The notes under the pieces are model-generated. The model saw nothing but the letters and a program-made list of their open reading frames with translations. It was not told the origin of the DNA and searched no databases. A program made the position numbers and the translations under genes. A stretch of 63,816 bases of DNA, the filler included, from Bigelowiella natans CCMP2755 (lineage: Eukaryota; Protista; Cercozoa), in NCBI GenBank assembly GCA_000320545.1. It is 9 parts of 9 records of this genome, joined end to end, with 100 filler letters (N's around TTAATTAATTAA, not from the genome) between each part and the next. Parts side by side here need not be neighbours in the genome. Positions count along the whole stretch, not along the records: positions 25,108 to 35,923 come from ADNK01001360.1; positions 36,024 to 37,794 come from ADNK01002011.1; positions 37,895 to 39,689 come from ADNK01001786.1; positions 39,790 to 45,432 come from ADNK01001734.1; 5 more parts are not named here. One strand, written 5' to 3'. Shown here in pieces: positions 25,767-39,790 of this stretch (position 1 is the first letter of the stretch; each line of letters starts with the position of its first letter).

Positions 25767-26566
25767 TTCTCTCTCTCTCTCTGCGTGCGTGTGCGTGTGT
25801 GCAATTTCAATACTCTGTTCTTACCCTATAATCAGGCCTACGATGCCCTGGCCAATGATGAGCGAGGCGATGAAGAAGTAAAAGAGCAGCCGCCCCTTCC
25901 ACGTAAACAAAAACCCAAGGTTTTTGAGGAAGAATTTCTGGCAGTAGTCCCAGGGGCATCGGAATTCAAAGCATCCTATGACATATACACAAATACCGCA
26001 TCATCAATCGCATCGACTAAGCTCTGCTGCGTTCCGTGAGTCTGAGCATAAAGTCCGCCCCCCCCCCGCCCCTCTCCCATGCCCATCTGTCTGTCTCTAT
26101 GCGTGCGTGCGTGCGTGCGTGTGCTTGTGTGCTCATTTTCGCACCGAGGCAGCAGCTGAAGATGATGACATAGAGACCGAAGATGAACACTATGGGCCGG
26201 AACGCCGACGTGAGGATGCTCCATATCCCCGTGAAGACGAGCAGCACTGCATTGGCAATGTTGACCAACCGGCAAATCCGATGGATGCTGACGGCTTTCT
26301 TGCCTAAGCATTTCAGGTGTGAGTAATCGCTGGCACTACCAGATAATGCGCTACACCGACCGGTCCCCTCCCCTCTCCTCCGTCGCCACCATCCCGTCAT
26401 TCCCCCCCCTAACCCCCCCCCCCCCCCCACCACACGCTACAACAATTGGTTATGATAACTACACATTGGCTTCTTAAGTTGACGGTTCCCGCAAATACCT
26501 GGATCCCCTCTCAGTTTCGCATTCTCCTCACGGAGGATTCTGTTCTCCTCCTCAAGGTCGTGGTCT
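25604..26566 (-). CDS. COPI-associated / Tvp15-like membrane protein (multi-exon, ends approximate)
   Basis: Exons RLVNIANAVLLVFTGIWSIL..IFGLYVIIFSCCLG, MLEFRCPW..FFLKNLGFLFTWKGRLLFYFFIASL and ..VNCAFNVFIICKYPG match the COPI_assoc pattern (lef....gFl.t..GR..fy.f). Confidence 0.7.
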
Positions 26567-27375
26567 GAGAATTTGAGAGAGGGGGGGGGGTCAGAAAAGA
26601 GGGGACGCGGCGAGTATTGTATGAGGTGAAGGAGTGGATAGGGGCGAGACAGAAGGGGCAAAACTCTTTGTTTGAGAAAGAAAGTCAAGAAAAAGAGATG
26701 CAGCCTTTGGATGTCGCAATGCGTCAGGATGAAGGACTCAGACTCTTACGTTCGAAGGCTTTTCAGGCCCTCGATTAGAATTTGTGTATTGTTCGTGTAA
26801 AAATATTTTCTAGCTCAAAATTGGAATCGGCACCACAGTCCCAATCTTTCAATGCCAAAGTTTTGAAAGAAGCATTCAACATGGTGGACCAAATAAAGAG
26901 ATAAACCAGGGGAAACATTACAATCGTCAGCTTCTTATACTCTCCTGTTTGGGGGGATTAATTATCCACTAAAATGCCCGATAGACCACCCTCCTCTTCA
27001 TCGCCACGCCCCTACTAACACTCATTGTGATTACTTTTCCACTCGTCATCCGCCATTCTTCCAACGATTCAGATTTAGTCAGCCGACCCCGGAACGAAGG
27101 AAAATATCGTTCTGTTATGTTTCTACGACATCGAAATATTCCAATTTTTTCTGGGAGAGCCAGGCGTTTTCGGTCATCTCGGCAGATATGATGTCGCAAG
27201 GAACGAGATCCAGGACAAATCCAACGAACATGGGTTTCAAATTGAGGACAAAGTGAGTCCAGCCACAGCATCGCGATTTCAAATCTTACGACATGATTTT
27301 GCATAAAAATAGCATGCCGATTTAATTTTTATCGTAAGTCATTACGACAACAGCTATTTTTCCAACACCAAGCAA

Positions 27376-29427
27376 ATGGCTTCCCTCCACGCGGTCCTCC
27401 GTTCCGAGCTTAAGGCTCTACAGGAGAAGCCTCTCAAGCTCACCATCCTTAAGAATGTTGTCAATGAGAATGTTGAATCAAAAGTTGACATGAACGAGCA
27501 GGTTTGTTTCAAAAAGAGGGAATATGAGAAAGAGACAGAGAGAAGGGGGTTCGGACATGAAAGATTTGACACGAGTCGTATGTGAGACTGAACAAAGCCT
27601 CGGATCATAATGGTTTGTTTCATCATAATTTGAACAGCTACGAGCGGTGAAAGCAAAGTACTATGAAATTAAAAAGTTGTTTGAGTACGTGCAAGGACGG
27701 GGTGGCTTGGTCAAACAAATTCAAAAGATGCATGGCCTAGAAGTTCCCCCACTTGGCATTGACACAAGAGCAGCAGACCAAAGGTGTCCTTGTATTTTTA
27801 GTTGCCGATGTATGTAGTTTATTCGGTATATTATTTACAGTTTGAAGAAAGAGAAATCGATGTTAAAAGCCATTAATGAGCAACTTCGCAAAGAAAGGGA
27901 TGAACTTATGAAGCTGATTAAGATAGTATCTGAAGGTACTCGCAATTGTAAGTGTTTTCAATGAACTAAAAGTGAATAATTTCAATTCAATAGAATTCGA
28001 AGAATTGATGACGAAGCGCCAGCAATACGAAGACCAACATAACAACCCCGTTTCTGAGGACAAGGTCTTGAAGGAATGGTCTGAAAATAAAGCCCTGTTC
28101 GGAAATTGTACGAAAAGTGAGGCTCAAATGAAGGTGACGACGACTTCGTTAGCCGAGTTGTAATAAATTTCTCACAATTTTTCCCTTAAAAGGATCAAGA
28201 TAGCGTGACGAAGATCATTGGTGAGCAAGAGGAGCTGATCCAGGTTTGTAGAATTTTCGTGGTCGGTTTGGTGTATTACTCATCTGAGCACCTACAGGAG
28301 GTTACTATTCAAAAGCAACAGCAAGACGAAGCATTGCGGATCTTATGCAGGCAATTAGAAGAGGTATTGGGATTGTTAAATTCAAAATATGCTATCTGAA
28401 TTTATTTTCACCAGAGCGAGGTTTTGCTGAAAACGTTGGAGAAGAAAACAGAGAAGAACGAGACAAAAGTTGATACTCAGAAGCTTGAAAAAAATGAGAA
28501 GGCCGTTGCTAGTTTGGAACAGAAACTTAAAGTGATGGAGGTAGTTCCACAGACTGATCAATCTAAATCGTTGTTTTAAATAAAACTGACGTACTTTTTT
28601 GAAGGATGCAAGTGGAGTACGGACATCCATGAAAGAATTTGGAGCCGAAACTCACATCACTGTAGAATTCAACTGTGTCGAGGCTGACGGGCAAAAATAC
28701 ACACTAAACGTGTGTGCGGACAATAATTCGGGGAGTTTTAAATCCGTTGAGCTTTCGCCTCCAGGAGAGAATGTTGAAGGTAATTCGTAAGGATTTTCAG
28801 TGAGTTACTCCTTGTTAAATTTTGTTTTTGGCAGACATCCTTCTATCTGCAGAGTCTATGTCAGATTTTACGTCGCTTGTTACCGAGACAAGAGCTCGAA
28901 TTGCTAACACCTGGACTTTGAAGAAGCAGCTTCGCCAATTAAAAAAATCGTCTCAATATATTCACACAGTTGATACCAAGGCCTGCCTTAACCGACTGGC
29001 ATTAAACTTGCCTGGTGACATTGAAGCAGAGCTTTGGCTTTCACTTGATTATCCCGCATTCAATGAACGTTCTCCACAAATTAAAAGAGTTTCAATTGCT
29101 CGTAAGCAACAGCTTTCTCAATCAGCATTGAACTCCCTGCATGACACCATGAAGGTATAAGTGTAATGAGAAATGAACCTTATTTTATACCTTTCTTCGC
29201 TATTTTGAGGATCTAAGCTAACCGATTTCCCATCTCAATCGCCCATTTATTTACGAGTGATATGATAATATTTTAAACAATTAAGTCATGGGAGAAGGAA
29301 CAAAGTGATTGGGTATTGTGCGATTGGATAAAGAAGGTCGGAAAACATAAACAGTTATTTCTGAAGTAGGTCACCTAATTCAATATTTACACAGATGGCC
29401 GAAATTATTCGAGGAAATCAGGCGTGA
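27376..29427 (+). CDS. Coiled-coil protein with C-terminal RWD-like domains, Zwint-1/Sos7-like kinetochore candidate (many short exons)
   Basis: GT-AG exons form a long coiled coil followed by KSVELSPPGENVE|DILLSAESMSDFTSLVTETRARI...LNLPGDIEAELWLSLDYP, a tandem-RWD-like pattern. Confidence 0.5.
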
Positions 29428-30837
29428 GCACCACTTAATGACTCCACGTTGAAGTCAGACCAAAACTTAATTTGTTGCTGCACACCCTGCACTACCTTTA
29501 TGGTAGCTTTTCAATCATCGGAATCGCTGGTCCCGGCTGTGTCACGCGGTGAAACAGTGATGGTGTCACCTTGTGGAATTATATTTTGTTCATAATCTAC
29601 TTCAGCATTTTGGATGTCGTATTCCCTGCATGGTTGCGCACAAATTTTATCACTAATGCACAGTACCAATTACAAAGTTCACTTTGTGCATTGTCATGTC
29701 GTTACGCTCCGCATACACACGGGGCCCCATGCACATTGTGGCTAGCTAGCTCTAGAGCTAGATGCAATGGAATAGTGAAAATATAGGGATCGTGCTGACC
29801 ACTAGCTAGCTAGCTGCGATGAAGCCGGGCGCTCTAGCGCTAGCGCTAGCGTAGCATGCTAGCATGAGCGACTCCACAATCCATGCAAAATGAAAACTAT
29901 GAACTCACATATTAGATGCAGCATGCTAGCATGCTTTGCTGCCTTACCATGAAGCTCTAGAGCTGTCTAGCTAGCTAGCCAGCTGTGTACTACACAATGT
30001 GGCTAGCTAGCTAGACGTACTACTACTACTCTAGTACTACAGCGCTGCTGACAGGCTAGCAGGCATGCTAGCTTGCGCGTACGTAGCTCGCGCGAAGGCT
30101 CAATGTGCACAAATGAAATTCTTCGCTCATGGCCACGCAGGTTGCGCGTGTCTCCATGCTAGCTAGCTAGCGCTAGCATGTCTGCTAGGTGTCGCCGTGC
30201 ATGCTAGCATGGCTAGATGGGCTTGCATGTGCATGCGCACATCATTGTGCATCGCTCGCTCATTTTCACAATGATGTCATGAAATCGATCATGAAGGAGC
30301 GCATCGCACAGCATGAGCTCACGCACTGTGCGTGTGCACGATCAAGGCGACACGCTCAGACAGCGATCTAGCGATCTCTAGATCTCACGGCCGCACATGC
30401 GTGTTCCTTTCCATGTGCACCATTGTGTCAATTGCCATTGTGTGCGCCGCCACCGACTCCGCTCCGCGCTGGCTAGCTGCTCTCCTTGGAACGTGAACGT
30501 GAACGTGATGAATGTGATGAAGGACAATGGGACAATGATAATGGACTACATTTCCAAAATGCGACAGGACATTTGCAAAGTACGAAAGGCAGTGCCTCGG
30601 ACTGCTTTCAGTGAGGACTAATTACGACTCGTAGTGAAGTCAGCAGGATTTAAAGAATGGCAATCCGGCCATTGTAAAACGGTGAAGACAACATGAAGAA
30701 AAACAACGTTCCCAAACAGAGTTGATCAAGTTGCATCATTGACTGCCGTTCTGCGACACGATCTGTAACGGTCGAAGATAACGTGCTCCTGACATTTGTT
30801 CATTGTTAGATCTATCCGGGGCATCATTGCTTTTGCA

Positions 30838-31779
30838 ATGTCGGACAGGAAGATAACGGAAGTTGCCCCCGCCCAATCTCCTCCCGCAGCACGTTCCGAA
30901 TCCAAGTACGTGAGGGGAGGTGAAATCATCCCTGACAAAACCGTCCACCGTGGCGGCGGCATCGAGATTAAGTACGTGGATCTCGGCCCGCAGGATGGCG
31001 AGCCTGTTTTGCTGATCCACGGTTTCTTGATGAGCGCCAATAGCATGTGGGGGCAATGCAATGGGATCACGGACGCTCTGCTAGAGTCCGGATTCCGCGT
31101 CATTGCCGCCGACAGCAGGGGGTTCGGCATCAGCAGCAAGCCCTATCAGAGCGACAAGTATGGGAAACACACCATCACGGACCTAATTGCTGTCCTGGAT
31201 GCGTGCCAGGTGCAACAATGCCATGTCGTAGGGTACTCAATGGGGTCAGAGATGGCCTTGTACCTAACCTGCAACTTTAAGCGGTATGTCAAGAGCTTGT
31301 GCATCGGGGGGTCGGGATGGGCTGACGCTGAGCAGGTCACCTTCTACACGAACACGGGCCACTGCTGCTTTCGCAACCCACATGAATCATGCCCCCCCCC
31401 GGGGCCTTTCAACCCGTTTTTCTGGGCGCGTGTTTGCTGGTACATCTGCTGCTGTCCGTGTTGCTTGGCGCCGTTACTGTGTGATGGCGAAACGCCAGAT
31501 CTGCGGGCGGCACTGGTTGCGTTCAAAGCCCATGGATTAGAACTGTGTGATCTTCCAGCGTCGGATTTGGAGAACATCAAGGTAACCGTCCTCGGGATAT
31601 CGGGAGAGCTTGATCCAGAGATAAAGTTCCTGGAGCGGATGCAGGGAGTTGTCCCGGATTATTCGTTGACGGTCTTAGATGGGCTCGATCACAAGGCTGC
31701 CGACACCAAGGCATACAGGGATACGGTCGTTGGGTTTCTCAAAAAAATGAGAAATGGGGGCAGCGATGGTAAGAAATGA
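30838..31779 (+). CDS. Alpha/beta hydrolase, intronless, with Cys-rich insertion
   Basis: GEPVLLIHGF oxyanion motif, DSRGFGISSKP, nucleophile elbow GYSMG, GELD acid, GLDH histidine. Confidence 0.9.
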   Translation: MSDRKITEVAPAQSPPAARSESKYVRGGEIIPDKTVHRGGGIEIKYVDLGPQDGEPVLLIHGFLMSANSMWGQCNGITDALLESGFRVIAADSRGFGISSKPYQSDKYGKHTITDLIAVLDACQVQQCHVVGYSMGSEMALYLTCNFKRYVKSLCIGGSGWADAEQVTFYTNTGHCCFRNPHESCPPPGPFNPFFWARVCWYICCCPCCLAPLLCDGETPDLRAALVAFKAHGLELCDLPASDLENIKVTVLGISGELDPEIKFLERMQGVVPDYSLTVLDGLDHKAADTKAYRDTVVGFLKKMRNGGSDGKK

Positions 31780-32800
31780 GCGAAGACCACACCTTGTACA
31801 TTTGGTAATGTGAATACGCGAAACCAAAGAGAGTAGTAGCGATTTTTGCTATCCCTGCAGGCGGGGAAATGTCACGAAAATACCAATAGGTAGCTCGGGT
31901 CGACGATTTTCGTGCATATCACCCTTGGATCCACATTTTTAATTTTTCAATGAAAATAAAAGCCTTTTTACCATCATTCGTTCGTTCAAAAACGAATCAT
32001 AATGTCGAGTAATGAACCGTACAAACGGCTACCATCGAATGCAACAATTACATACGCAGTGGGTGACAAGTGCGATGGCGAGCGTGGTGACTGACGCGTC
32101 ATGTTCGAACAAAACGCACATGATGACAGGTGCAATGATGCCCACTCATGCTGTGTATGCTCCTTGCTAGCTTGGCCGTACGTACTAGTGCGCATGCATG
32201 CATCACTCCCTGCAAGGACTGCCATTGCATTCTAATGTTATTGTGGCACATTGCAGTAATGCATGGCGACGGAAATTGCGCATACGTACCTGCTCGGCTA
32301 TTTTCAAATGCAACAAGTGGTCGACCACGACGTGCAAACTGTACAGCAAAGTGTGTCATTTGTGTGCGATATGCAACATGGATGGCGCGCGCCGGGAACA
32401 ACGTCGTACTAGCTAGCAAGCGCTATGACTCGATCACAGTGCCACTAATGGCCCAATCTAGTAACAGTAACAAGGATTTACGTGTGCGCACTCTGCTAGC
32501 AGACTGGCATCACATGCATACTCCATGCTAGTTAGCTTTTCTAGCACTGCACGCTAGCACGCGTACGCACGCGTGTGCGCAGCTAGGCACACGCACGACG
32601 CCCACTCGTCTTTAATGAGCTGGGTTTGTGTGTTTGCAGAATATTTAGTTTTTGCAGCACATAGAGCTACTAATAACGTGCATAAGCACGCGGTCATTCT
32701 CAAGGCTAGAAGGAGTGGCTATTATCAACGCGGATCTGCATGTCGTAGGAATCGACAAGTCTGAGAGAGCTAATAATAGCGAGAGAAATAAGAGACGAAC

Positions 32801-32852
<52 letters not shown>

Positions 32853-33303
32853 GAAAGAAAGAGAAGCGAGGCAACCAGCAACTGGGCGAAATGCTCACAC
32901 CACACTGTAATGTCGCATACTAGCATGCATGCGTGTCGCCGCAAATTTGCAGACATCACATGTCCGGATCGGAAGGGGCACGATCGGCGCACATGCACAC
33001 GAGATCTTCATTGCTTTACAATGCACACATAATGACATACAATCTGGACAATAATCGTATGAATTCGTCATGAAACTAACTTTTTATCATAAATTCACCG
33101 CAATTCCTATTGTTAATGCATCCATTCAAACGCGAACCACCCATTTAAAATGCCACGGTACCTACTCAAATGGTGCAAAACACATAAGCTATTCGTTAGA
33201 TTCTTCGCATTTCAAATGAGTGGCCGTTCGTTGCGGCCTGCACAAAGGTTCATCCCTTACACACCAAGGCACACACACATACTAATGGAAAGACACACAC
33301 ACA

Positions 33304-33339
<36 letters not shown>

Positions 33340-33814
33340 TGAAATCACACCCAGTTCATCCGTATCATAAAACATCACGATGCACATAGTCACCTCCCAG
33401 CGTTGGCGAGAGTGGCCTCAAATGGCACTGGCTTCGTGTTTCTTCTCTCTGGCAGGGTTTGGAGCGGCGGCAATGATATCACCGCATGCCCGCCCTCCAG
33501 CGTGTTTCCTACAAACACACCAGAAATGGAATAAACACGAATTGGCAGCACGATTTGCAAACACATGGAAAAAAAAAAAGACCCGAGCGTTGGCAGAAAC
33601 CAACGTCGCGCGAAGAGTATCACTCCTACCATGTAGTGTGTAGCCCCCCCAACCCCCTCCTTACCTTTTCCATCAAGGCTGCGTACGGATACCAACAAAT
33701 TCTGCTGCGCGACAGCACATCGCGTGGCTGGTTGCAAGCGCAAGATCTGACATTGTTAAATAGTTACGACAACCCGGAAACTACATTACAGTGCATAGCA
33801 CATCTTCGCATACA

Positions 33815-33879
<65 letters not shown>

Positions 33880-34030
33880 CGTGTTTCCTGGGTAATTTGA
33901 ACGATGCGCATCGTTTATAGCGCCGTATTTCTGCACAAGGAACAGGATGCTTATCACGCCTACCTGCGCCTCCGGTCCGCAAAACATCGATCTCGACTCG
34001 GACATGTTCCCACCAACGACATTCCTGTAT

Positions 34031-34076
<46 letters not shown>

Positions 34077-35240
34077 GGGAAGGTCTTTCTAGATGATCGC
34101 GTGAATCAATAGAAACACGCGCCCAGCTACGGCGCGGTGCGTGCGGTAATTTGTGTGAAGGTTTTGCGAAAGTACCCTTCCTTCGCTATCAGCGCGTTTA
34201 ATGCGACAGATTTTCGAATGCTCTCGTCGATAGATTGGTCGATGGCCTGCCGAGGTTATGCACATATAAGGTGCGTGCGTGCGTGTGTTTGTTTGTTGGC
34301 ACGTTTGTTTCTATGGTATTACTTTCGCACGAACACACACACACACACACATACACACATACACACATACACACGCACACGCACACGCACACGCACACGC
34401 ACACGCACCCACATTCACGTTTTAAGATGCAAATGATTATAATCCTGGAAGTGTTTCCAGGACTGCATGCAGAGGCAACACGCTCACACAACGACCCTTC
34501 TCCAAGCTCGGCGTGATGGTGATGACAAGCTGACCTTAAACGGCTTCTTGCTGTCACCGTCATCGTCATCTTCTTCTTCTTCGGACTCCTCCTCGACGCC
34601 TACCAGCATGGTTAATTCGCGTTTTTCCGTAAGTAACATCCCTTAAGGCAAACATTAGACGAGCATCGAGAGAGCGGCAGCTTGCTCGGAGAAACCGTTT
34701 CGCAAAATGCAAAATAACTCTGCGGAGAGATATACCTTGGTCCTCTTGGATAGCGAACATGCGATCTCCCTTGCGTTCCGCCTCTCCTCCTCCTCCCCCC
34801 CCTGCCGCTGCTGCTGCAGGACACAACCAAAACATCAACAGTGCTCAATGTAAGCATGTACAGAAACAAGATCTATCGTTTGAGGAAAGAATAATCTCTT
34901 TTGCTACATAATATATATAAGTGTATATCGAGTACACATGTGTTCAGCATCACCATCTCCCTTCTTCCTTGCATTTCGATGCAGTCTCTTTGATGTGGGG
35001 CGGGTGGCTTGGAGGATTTCCGAGGAAGCCCCCTCCGATAGACTGGGTAGTCGCCGTGAACCTGCAATAGAGAAGACGTTGTAAAAGGGGGGGGGGGGGG
35101 GGTGGGGGCAACATTTTTTATAAACATGAACCCCGCCACTCTCCTCCTTCTCCACACACACTTTCATCTGTATTTATGTGTTATATACATTATCCTTTTT
35201 TAAATATTAATATATAAATATAAATATAGTGCATGCAAAT

Positions 35241-35284
<44 letters not shown>

Positions 35285-36443
35285 AATACGCACGCTTGGG
35301 TTTATTCTCCGATCTACGAGGGCCAACGGCGGTTTCTGCACCGACAAGAAAGAAGCAACAAACATCATCAGACCGCCGCCGCACAATCCTACTAACTCTC
35401 TTCCACAGGCATAATTCACGTCGTTTGGGCGGAGGGCGGAGTTAGGACTCGCGAGTTCAAAAAAGTACGAAATATCGCGTTTCGCGCAGAAAAAGTGCAG
35501 CGAATCCGGGAACTGCTCAGAAGCGTAGCACCGGATATGTACAAGCGACGAGGCGTGGCCTTGCCGTCCTCCTGCGCAGGTAGATTCGGCTGCGTCTGCG
35601 AGAGCTTCCGGGCGGCAGCCGAGAGCTTCCGGGCACTGTCTCCCATGGCCAACTTGCCTGTTGTTTTTGGCGGACAATGCGGATCGAACAATGCGGATCG
35701 ATTTGTCGTTGTAGGGAAGGAGAGAAAGGCTCATGTGAGGCAATTTATGGCAAGTTCGTGTATAAATCACCGAATCACCATACACAACACAAACACACAT
35801 GTATGCATGTATGTGTTAGTGCGTGCGTGCGTGTATTAATGCATCTTTATGCGTCTAGGCATCTCGCCCAAACCTCCCCCCCCCCCATCCCCCTTCCTCT
35901 TCCCACTCTACTACTACGAATCGNNNNNNNNNNNNNNNNNNNNNNNNNNNNNNNNNNNNNNNNNNNNTTAATTAATTAANNNNNNNNNNNNNNNNNNNNN
36001 NNNNNNNNNNNNNNNNNNNNNNNCCTTCTCAACAAACCTTAGTGAGCCTAGCAGTGGTGAACCTCCAGGAATGGCGAAGTGACAGCTCTCCTACCTCCTC
36101 CCATTGCCGCTCCGTGATTATGACTTGATCACAATGGTAGAGACAGAAACTTGCTTGGCGAGACATGTTCAGTTTCCATCAGGGCAGACTATTAAATGAT
36201 GAATCACATGATCATATTTCACCTACTCACATTGTCACCTTTATATGCGGAGGAATTTGCGAAAATAGAAGTGTTCCTTGACAACAAGGGGGAGGTGGGG
36301 GGGGGGGGGAAGAATACGGAAGAGAAGGAAGGCAACGAATAAATATTTTGGTGAGACCAAAATAAATTGGAAGAATAGTTAAAAAGACACAAATAGGTAT
36401 AAAACAGCGATCGTTTTTGGCATATCGCTGGACCGGACAAGGC

Positions 36444-36477
<34 letters not shown>

Positions 36478-36524
36478 TCCACTCCTCCTCCTCCTCTTAT
36501 CGCAGCTTGCTACAGCGACTAGCT

Positions 36525-36889
36525 ACCTGATTTATTTGTTCTTTGAGTCGATCAATGTCCTTCTTGGCAGCGCTAATGCGGAAAATCCCCTCCGTCGTCA
36601 GGCCGCCGAGAGACTGTGCACACCAATAGCGCCGGTGGAAAGGGGGGGGGAAGCAAAAATACCAGTAATCAATCTCACCGTATACAAAATACACACAAAC
36701 CCGAGTGCAGCGCATCCTCCTTTTAACAACGACGACTTCGACTGCTACTGCTAATACTGCTACTTCTGCTACAACTACAACACAACAGCAGCAGCAGCAG
36801 CAACAACTGTATCTACCTGGACGGAGGCAATCAGAACAAGCACTATCGCAGGAACATCGAGAGATGCAACATCACGATTATCAGCCTCC

Positions 36890-36923
<34 letters not shown>

Positions 36924-37036
36924 GGTGTTGTGTCGATGGGTGCGAGGGCATGGGGTGGAGGAGGAGGAGGAGGAGAGTGCAAAAGTGCGGTTCCCATCGC
37001 ATGTGTTATGTGTTATATATTTATATATTTTTATTT

Positions 37037-37081
<45 letters not shown>

Positions 37082-37250
37082 TGGGGTGGCGAGCCAATGT
37101 GCACACGTTGTGTGTGTCTCCACACGCGTGTTTCTAAGTGTAAATTCCGTTGGCCTGTGGGCTGCAATGACGACCTTCTGTATCTTCATCACGTTCTCTA
37201 GTGTATGGTCGAAAATGGAGTCCGACCGGTTGAACTGCCCGTTCTGCGTG
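36525..37250 (-). CDS. RhoGAP-domain gene fragment, ARHGAP39-like
   Basis: Exons SIFDHTLENVMKIQK | RDVASLDVPAIVLVLIASVQ | SLGGLTTEGIFRISAAKKDIDRLKEQINQ (arginine finger EGIFR). Confidence 0.75.
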
Positions 37251-38061
37251 TTGTTGTTGTTGTTGTTGATGATGTTTTCGCATCACTGTGAAGCACACAC
37301 ACACACACACACACACATGCGCGCGCGCGTGCATACACACACAAGCATACACATATCACGATGCCATAATGCACGCAAAGCACGGAGCACACGCATTGGC
37401 GGCTTTTCCCCCAATATTCGAGAGGAAGGCCACGCGTGAGAGAAAGGGAGAGCGGCCGAGCATCATACGCACAACACGTCGTATGGACATTAGAAGATAA
37501 GCACACACAAGCAGATATAGATAGAGTAAAAGAGGGAGAGAGGGAGAGAGAGAGAAAACGAAGACGACCTTAATTCCGCCAAAGTGTACGGCAAATCGTA
37601 AGTGAATCGTTCAATCCTAATCGACGAAAAATCATCGGTATGGTGATAGTGATGACAATGAAGATGGTGATGATGATGATGGTGATGATGATGATGGTGA
37701 TGATGATATTGTTCAACTCTTCTTGATCGAGCATCTTTCGCCGCCGCCGCCGCCGCCGTCGTCGTTTTATTATGATTGATATAGATGAGTACTANNNNNN
37801 NNNNNNNNNNNNNNNNNNNNNNNNNNNNNNNNNNNNNNTTAATTAATTAANNNNNNNNNNNNNNNNNNNNNNNNNNNNNNNNNNNNNNNNNNNNGGTGGG
37901 GGGGAGGGGGAGAGATAGACCCTAGTGTCTTATGAATGGAAGATTCCAGTTCTTTATTCTCAACATGATGGCTTGCTACTTTCTTTCCATTTGCTTGACT
38001 GTTTGCCACAAAACAAAGGACCCGCAAAGCCATTTGGAACGCTTGTGAATCAAAGGGTTAT

Positions 38062-38095
<34 letters not shown>

Positions 38096-39475
38096 GTGTG
38101 TGTGTGTGTGTTTGTGTATTCATGTAAATTGTTATTGATCGTTTCTAAAAAATATGGAATCTCAACAAAGCATAGACCATAAACCGGCTTATCATGCCTT
38201 TGTGCCCTCGCAACAACCAAATAACACTGCATGAAATGACACAGGCACTGCCGCAGCTGCAGCACAGCCACGACGACAACGAAGAAGGTATTTTTGGTAT
38301 TTTACAGAAGATTACAAAGGGCATGCATGAGCATAGTTGAGTCGGGTCATGTTAAGAATCACAGAACTAGAACAACTTCTATCATACTTTCACGCAAATT
38401 CTTTTTGCTGAGCCTCCATCCAAAAGGCCTTTCTCTTTCTTTCTTTCTTTTTTTTTTCCCCCCCTCGCTCCTTCTGCTTTTCCTCGCCCCCCCCTGTGAC
38501 ACCACCTTGCTGTCGAAACGACGCTCCTCCTACATTAATTCACCTTGAAGGTTTGAACGCTGTGCAAGAGGAGAAACAGAAGCCAAAGAAGAAGAAGAAG
38601 AAGAAGAAGAAGACGACGACGAAGAAACCTAACAAGTCGTCTGAGGAGCAGGAAGGAAAGTTGGAAATGCAACGAAAGCAGTTAATCGGAATGCTTGATC
38701 CGGTAAAGTGTCATAACTTACAAGGAGGCGAAGAAGAAGAAGAAGAAGAAGAAGAAGAAGAAGGGGGAGATATTTGATAGATTTTATTATTTATGCCGTG
38801 GAAATCCGACAAGCCTAGTCACTGTGGGGGAGGGGAAGGCAGGAAACGTTGTTCTTGTTAACGTATAACACACTTGGCTCTTAGAATCACCATCCTTTCT
38901 CCTCTTCCCCCTCTTCCCCCTCTACCCCCTCCTCCTCCTCCAGAAATTTGCAAATAGGATAGTCAAGGCACTTACATCGTGAGTCACCTTTGCCAAAAAA
39001 ACAGCGGCTGTTGCTATAAATTGTTGCTGTTATTGTCACTTTTACTGCTGTCGCTTTCTCACATTATCTCTCGAGTGTCGGTCTCCACGACTAGCAACCG
39101 AAGTTGCTCCTAACTGCTGATATCCATCGAATTCCATCATTCTGGGGGGGGTATTCACGTGCTTCGCTCCTGTCTATTTCTTCTCTCTCCGTCCCTCCCT
39201 CCCTACCAGCGCGACATGTACATAATGCAGCCTTGGATTTGTGTGTTGCTTTTGATGATGTCGAAGCTGCATGCAGGAGTCAGGACTGGAAGAGATCGAC
39301 GACCCAGAGAAAGACCTTCCAGACCTCTTTCAAAGGCTGCATTGGAAGGATCAAAAGGAAATCAGAGCAGCACGTCGGGATATAGGGTGGGAAAAGTAGC
39401 TTAGGTTGAGGTGAAGTGGGGTGGGAGAAGAGCCCCATATGCTGCCAACGACAGTTTCTGGATATTATTGCCTCT

Positions 39476-39528
<53 letters not shown>

Positions 39529-39790
39529 ACTGTTCATGTGTGTGGGGGGGGATTCAAGTTCTGCTTCTCCTCTTTCCCCGCATATAGATATCCATCACGA
39601 GTAAAATTTATCGAGGATTTGCTTCTGTCAAGCGATTCAATCGATATAGTAAGATGCAACACCACGTTCTCTCTCTCTCTCTCTCTCTCNNNNNNNNNNN
39701 NNNNNNNNNNNNNNNNNNNNNNNNNNNNNNNNNTTAATTAATTAANNNNNNNNNNNNNNNNNNNNNNNNNNNNNNNNNNNNNNNNNNNNC

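Noticed and set aside
33380-35700. Exon-like segments between microsatellite introns
   Set aside because: Probably one or more genes, but strand, frame and product could not be established.
39277-39386. Exon-like ESGLEEIDDPEKDLPDLFQRLHWKDQKEIR resembling the end of a PARP-type zinc finger
   Set aside because: No zinc-ligand exons found on this short contig; too little to call.
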